Shown in pieces: positions 58,556 through 64,000 of a stretch of 64,000 nucleotides of DNA (the first letter of the stretch is position 1; each line of letters opens with the position of its first letter). The DNA lies in the NCBI GenBank assembly GCA_047495785.1, contig JBLDXI010000003.1, positions 2,046,001 to 2,110,000 of the forward strand. The letters are read 5' to 3'. A model generated the notes under the pieces. That model had not been told where the DNA came from. It ran no database searches and saw nothing but the letters and a program-made list of their open reading frames with translations. The DNA is from Lepidodermella squamata (lineage: Eukaryota; Animalia; Gastrotricha). The position numbers and the translations under genes are program-made.

Positions 58556-59441
58556 TTAAGGCGATAAAGACGAGGGAAGGTCTTCTTTATCGCCTGTAGT
58601 AAATTTATGTGTGTGAGATAGAGCTGAATTCGGTGAAATAAAATTGACTTAAAATTCAGAAAAATCTCAATTTTTTTGATTGAAAATTTGATCGAAGATG
58701 AAACTACAATCTTCAATAATTCAGCTGATAATGAGTTACGATTTTGGCAATTTAGTTTATATTCTTGGGAAACGAAGACGCCGAAGCTAGAGCAGTCGGT
58801 CGCATTAGAGCCTTGGCCAGCTTCAGTTATAAGAAAGCGGGTTGGACCATTAGGGTCGAAAAATAAGCCGACATTGCCTCCGATATACCAGTGGACCCGC
58901 AGCTATCCTGGTACCGGACTCGGCTGAAGGTTGGATTTTCTGGGTTTGAGCGATTTTTATTTTCGGCACTGATCGCTTAATCTTGATTGAATGGTTCAAA
59001 GCCGTCACTACTATGAGACATTCAAAGTTGCTCCTGAAATTTTCTTTCCTATTATATAACGTCCGTTCAGTCATTTGCGAGACAACTATTCCGTTATTGA
59101 TAATCAGATATACGTAATCAGAGGTCGCGCACGGTGTCAGGAATCCGCTGAGTTGAAACAAAAACCCGAGCTATTTTTAGCCTCAAGTTTGGGTTCAAAT
59201 CAGCTAAAAACCAGGACAGCCTCAGATATTTTATAGGTGTAGAAATATTAATGAGGTGCTAATTAACAAATTTGTTTATTTTTTTTAATATGTTTTTGAT
59301 TTATCTCAAATTGACTGCTCGAAATTTCCCGGATTTTTTTGCGAGTAACTAAGAATGTCATAATTTTAACAGGTCTCGTGAATATATTCATATTCTTAAA
59401 ACCATGGCGTTACACCCGTTTCCGTGAGTAGACAGTCTATA

Positions 59442-60188
59442 CCGTAACGCTGGGTAATTTTGGACAAGCTAAATTTGGACACTACGCCTTATCAGCTGAA
59501 TTCTGCTCGACCAGGAAGGTGAATAAAAATATCGGTAAAAATCCTCAGATTCCTTGAGAGTTGGGCTTTCCAATGGTACCAAATTCGAGGCATAATGGAA
59601 GGTACCTGTTTTCAACAAAAATTAAAAAGGTAGGATGTCTCTAAACGTTGATTTGGGACCCCCCTATTTCCCAGTCAATCTGAATATATCTCGACTTGAA
59701 ATTTATACCAGGAGCAACTGACGCCATGAACTCTCGACTGGCAAAAAAAGTTGACCTTTGTCGACGGGAATTCGGTACAGGTGACCCTAAAGTTTAGGCC
59801 TCACGTGGGGCAATTTTGGACATAATAAATGCGTTGAGCTAAAAATAGCGGAAAAAATTTTTAATCGAGTTTGGATGACGTCATCAGTTTCTTGGCACCA
59901 TGTGCGCATTTTTTTTCGGAATTTCAATACAAGTTTCAAGTTCTGCACGCATCCCGAAATTATGAATATGCTAATGAGGTGTCCAAATTTACCCCATAAG
60001 TGTCCAAATTTAGCCTAACCACGAACCATTTTTATAAAATCAAGGTAACATGGGAAAATTACCAAATTTTGCACAGAAATGTGAAGTGGCCCCCCCCTCA
60101 TGCCCTGAAATTTTCACGTGTGTATAATTTTTTCCTGATTTTCTAGACCTGAAAACCATGTTTTTGTCCAAAATAACCACCATTATGG
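59442..60188. mobile_element. Non-autonomous Tc1/mariner/pogo-like element (~750 bp)
   Basis: TA|CCGTAACGCTGGGTAATTTTGGACA versus TGTCCAAAATAACCACCATTATGG|TA; internal copies of the (aa)tttggaca/tgtccaaa motif at ~59470, 59813, 59980 and 60001. Confidence 0.72.
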
Positions 60189-60232
60189 TACTGATATAAT
60201 GTCTATGAAAGGGCATCATTATTGTACGCTTT

Positions 60233-60419
60233 GGGTGTGTTTTTTATTCTACCCGGAATTTCGGGAAGCTCAGGTGTAGGCGCCGGATGACAAATTTTTC
60301 GATGTAAACACCAGAGGTTTTCGGGCAATGAAGTCTTCTGCACAGCTCCAAAGTTTCATTTCAAGGTGAGCTTCAGAAGTGGACGACCCGAAAATTCGGG
60401 GCGAAAAAAAAACACACCC
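60233..60419. mobile_element. MITE (187 bp) with ~33-bp TIRs and a 3-bp TTT flank, PIF/Harbinger-like
   Basis: gggtgtgttttttattctacccggaatttcggg / cccgaaaattcggggcgaaaaaaaaacacaccc; ttt on both sides. Confidence 0.72.
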
Positions 60420-63400
60420 TTTCCAGCGAAGCAACAGCTTCATCTCGCACGTGCCCGAAATTAAAAAAAAACCTCAAACCTATTCCGCCGAGCGTTTCTT
60501 TTGCTTGTCACTGTGCTGTTGTTTACCTAACAAAAAAGAAGACGCATAATACCTAATCGCAGATGTAGACACCGGCGGCGAAATGCTGAGGTTGTTTATT
60601 TCACTCCGCCCAGGCGCTGTCTAGGACGCGGTTATAATTATCGGTAAAAATGCCCCATCTTCCAAGTTTTTTTCAAGAATCAGATTACCGCGGTTCACGT
60701 TTCATATTACTATACCTCGCTTTTGTCTGATATAATTATTCCCGAAAACGGCGAATTGGAGGTAGGAAGAAACAGACTACTGCGGTATACAATTTGGTCA
60801 GATTTTTCAGCAGTGACATGCCAGCGGAAATCAGAATAGCCATTCGAATTTTAAAAAAAATCACCAATTTTAAAAAAAAATTCAGATAAATTGTCACTTG
60901 CTCATATGCCACAGATAAAGTGCCTCGAGACGTAATTAAAAATGTAGGTGATAGAAAAAATATTTAAAATAATATAAATAATAATAGAATAACTCGAGAC
61001 TGAGCTTAAATATCATGCAATGCTCCTAAATGTCTCCGAAAACTTGTGCAGCCTAAATTTTACTGACCACGAAGTCGGAAAAAATTAGCTATTTTGAATG
61101 TAAATAAATGATCGAAAATCACGGCTGAATCGAAACATTGTCTTATTGGTTCATATTTCACTGCTCACTGCTCAATGATTACTTGTCATTGCTGAATTTG
61201 CCAGCAATTTCGGCTGAAAACACAATTCTAAGCGCCTCCTTTTTGTTTGCACTACAACAACATTTTCTCCATTTCCAGCCGCAAAATCGCACTGAACAAG
61301 TGAGGCAGCATCGGGTCGAGCGTGCTGAATAAGTGAAGCCGTACACGCGTAATAAGGGCGAAATAGATAAATCGATTTTTAAGGCTGAGGTATCGAGCGG
61401 CATTGTTGTTGTTTACTGCAAATGTACTTGGGCGTGCAATGCGAGCTCTGCTATGTTGGCTATTCATGAGAAAATAAATCGATAACTATTTTACGTCGTA
61501 CACGCATATTCTTAGTGGATTTTCTCATATTAACATGTGGAGCTCAGCACTATTTTGCGGGAAATTCGAAATTTTCGAGCGAATTTTTTCCCGACTAAGC
61601 CGATTTTTAGTACTGGAAAACTGAGTGTCCTGCGTTTTTTTTCATTTTTTTAAAGGTCATTCTGTAGCCACTGAAGTTATTTTGATCTCGTTCGCACCTT
61701 GGGCGAATCAGCGTTGCACAATTATTTTTTTAATTTGGCAACATTTTTTTTTAGGAATTTCAACTGATTTTTTAAATTAAACCTACTGAGAGGATATTAC
61801 TTCATCTTTTATCTGCGATTTAACAGAAGAAATAACAAACCGGAGGAAACCCGTAAAACCCGTAAAATCTGGTTCGATAATTTTACCCGCGGCTAGACAA
61901 AATTACTAAAATTAAATAATTAATAATTTTTATTTATTTAATTTTCAGGTAACTCATCCACAGTCAACTCATCCGAAATTTGAAATATAACCTGAGAGAT
62001 AGCGATGATAGGCACAAATATATTGCTGCTTTGTGTTGTCATTTCGAATAATGAGCCGCGTGAAAACAATCGATATTTAACTTTCGATTTTATTATATCA
62101 GCCGGCACTTGTGCACCCGATACAGAATACTACGAGAGCGTGCTACTTATGCTCGTAAACAAAGCTGGCATAATATATACGGATAAGTGAGGCGGAGATG
62201 GAGCTTGAAATGCTGGTCCTTGCGTTATTAATTACTCTTGTTGATCTAGTAGAAGTTCAGCGATACAAAAGCAAGTTTTTTGTTGAAGCAGTCGATTCGT
62301 CTACTTTCTACGGCACGAGTTTCATTTTCCAATGTTACAACATCACGCTTAGCTCGTTTCAGCCACGCGCCAATTTCGTTTAGCTTTTTCATTATTCATT
62401 CACTGCGCAGATCTTAGATCGCTTTTAGTTCTAAAATTCTGTTGAGTTCGAGCTGTAATTCTTCTCAAACCGCGATTTTGCGGCCACTTATAGCCAGCGA
62501 GTCTCAATTAGGCGTCCCATCTCTTGTTGCATTGCGTGCGGCAGGACGACTCTTTCGAAGCAAAATTAGCCTTAACCCTAAACCAAATAATAAATTAAAA
62601 AAAATCTAAAAAATGTCTCGCTTCACTCGCTGATTTCAGTTTTAAATTTTCCAATACTTTCGATTTGACAAAAAAAATCACGACGAAAATCATGATATTG
62701 AAATTAGGAATTCGATATGAGACCTGGGCGATTTCATTGTTCATAAATTTTTCATTCTAAAGTTGGTTTTGTCGCCAAGGTCAGAGGCCAGTCTCATGTT
62801 TTTACTCCCGAGCATGGTAACCCTCAAAATAACCCAGCAATCCAACAAACAAATAACGCACCAATCTTCCGCTTAAAAGCTTGTAAGTGCGGCCGGAAAG
62901 GTCGCCAGTTGGCCTCCATTTTGGCGCAATTTTGCGGCCGCAATTTTCAGCCACTATTTGGGGTTTTCCTACTTAGCCTCCCAGCTTATTAAAAAATTGG
63001 CAACAACAAAATTATAGAAGAATTCTCTCTCTATCGTATGCAAGTCCGGACTGCTTCCTCGTGATTTATGGCTAGGTAGTTTAATTGAAACCCACAGCAT
63101 CCAGTTCCTTAATTTCGGCCACGTTGACGTAGTAAAGCGTGAACCTGTGGTGTTTAAGTTAACGGAGCTTAAAATCTTCATTTTTGCGATCGCGGGATCG
63201 AAGCATCTTAAACAAGATTTGAAGCAGACAATGCACATTTCTTGAATTTCCTTGCCTTGAAACCTTTAGTGTCCAACTTTCGTCAGGCCGCTGAATTAGG
63301 AAATTAGCTGAAATTAGGGATTCCTTACTCTATTATACTTTGTGTTTACTTTATATTTCCAGGAGTTTATTGACTGCATTTCTTCGATATGGGAAATATT

Positions 63401-64000
63401 TTTTCCACCTGCCGCCGATCGAATGACGAAGAGTAAGTTTATTGCCGCAATAGAAATGCATCAAAATTACTTGTCTTAAATTAAGACACTGATGTTGTTA
63501 AATAAAAATCGCACGCAAACAGCATTTTTGTCACCAATTTCTTCACTCGAATCCCATTATAACAAAACAAAATGAAACTTTACCGAAGAACGCAGGGGCT
63601 ATGCTGGGATATAACTTGAACTTTCCGTATTTTTTCCCAAGTTGGGCTAAAACCGAGATTTTTCTGAAAACCCAATTACTCTAGGGCACTTTTCTAGAGT
63701 TTTCCTATATAATGTCTAATACCAATTGTAAAAAGTCCTTTTCGAATTTCAATGTGTCATCTGAATTGCGTTTTTATTCAAAAAAAACCCGCTTTTACAC
63801 TACGCCATTCGAATGGTAAAGGTTCGTTTTTCAACATGCCCTAACCTCGATTGTTCTCGATACTAACCATATTCAGGGAAACAGAGAATGAATTTTCGCA
63901 TGAAGTTAAAATTGTAAAATTAAGGTGGATATTTTACCCTCCTTTTCTCGTCTAGTTGAGTCTAATTGGGTCGAAAAATTGGAAGTTAACCTGAGATTTT

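Noticed and set aside
61100-63300. Short ORFs in the distal region
   Set aside because: No coherent exon chain or motif.
1-64000. CRISPR arrays, rRNA/tRNA genes, prokaryotic operons
   Set aside because: None seen; the sequence is eukaryotic with spliceosomal introns.

Overview
Eukaryotic (animal) DNA from a compact genome, with GT-AG introns mostly 46-65 bp. The species cannot be determined; TRPN and TTAGGG-type repeats are consistent with an invertebrate metazoan. Bases 1-53.3 kb hold an array of 11 divergent GABA-B-like class C GPCR genes (Venus flytrap domain [VFT] + 7TM, no cysteine-rich domain, no C-terminal coiled coil). Nine belong to a mostly intronless subfamily A; one of these has a single CAA->TAA premature stop and two share one intron. 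Two belong to a 6-exon subfamily B. Embedded in the array are: a complete NompC/TRPN channel gene with an unusual ~180-aa glycosylated extracellular pore turret; a head-to-head NB-ARC(STAND)-ankyrin gene; an S1 serine protease; and three small secreted proteins (PAN/Apple, SUEL lectin, Sushi+Kunitz). The last ~10 kb is gene-poor, with several non-autonomous DNA transposons and a telomere-like tract. The best candidate for an undescribed system is a lineage-specific, probably chemosensory repertoire built from GABA-B-like receptors with a rewired ligand pocket, clustered around a mechanosensory channel. All family assignments are by motif recognition and manual alignment; no searches were run.
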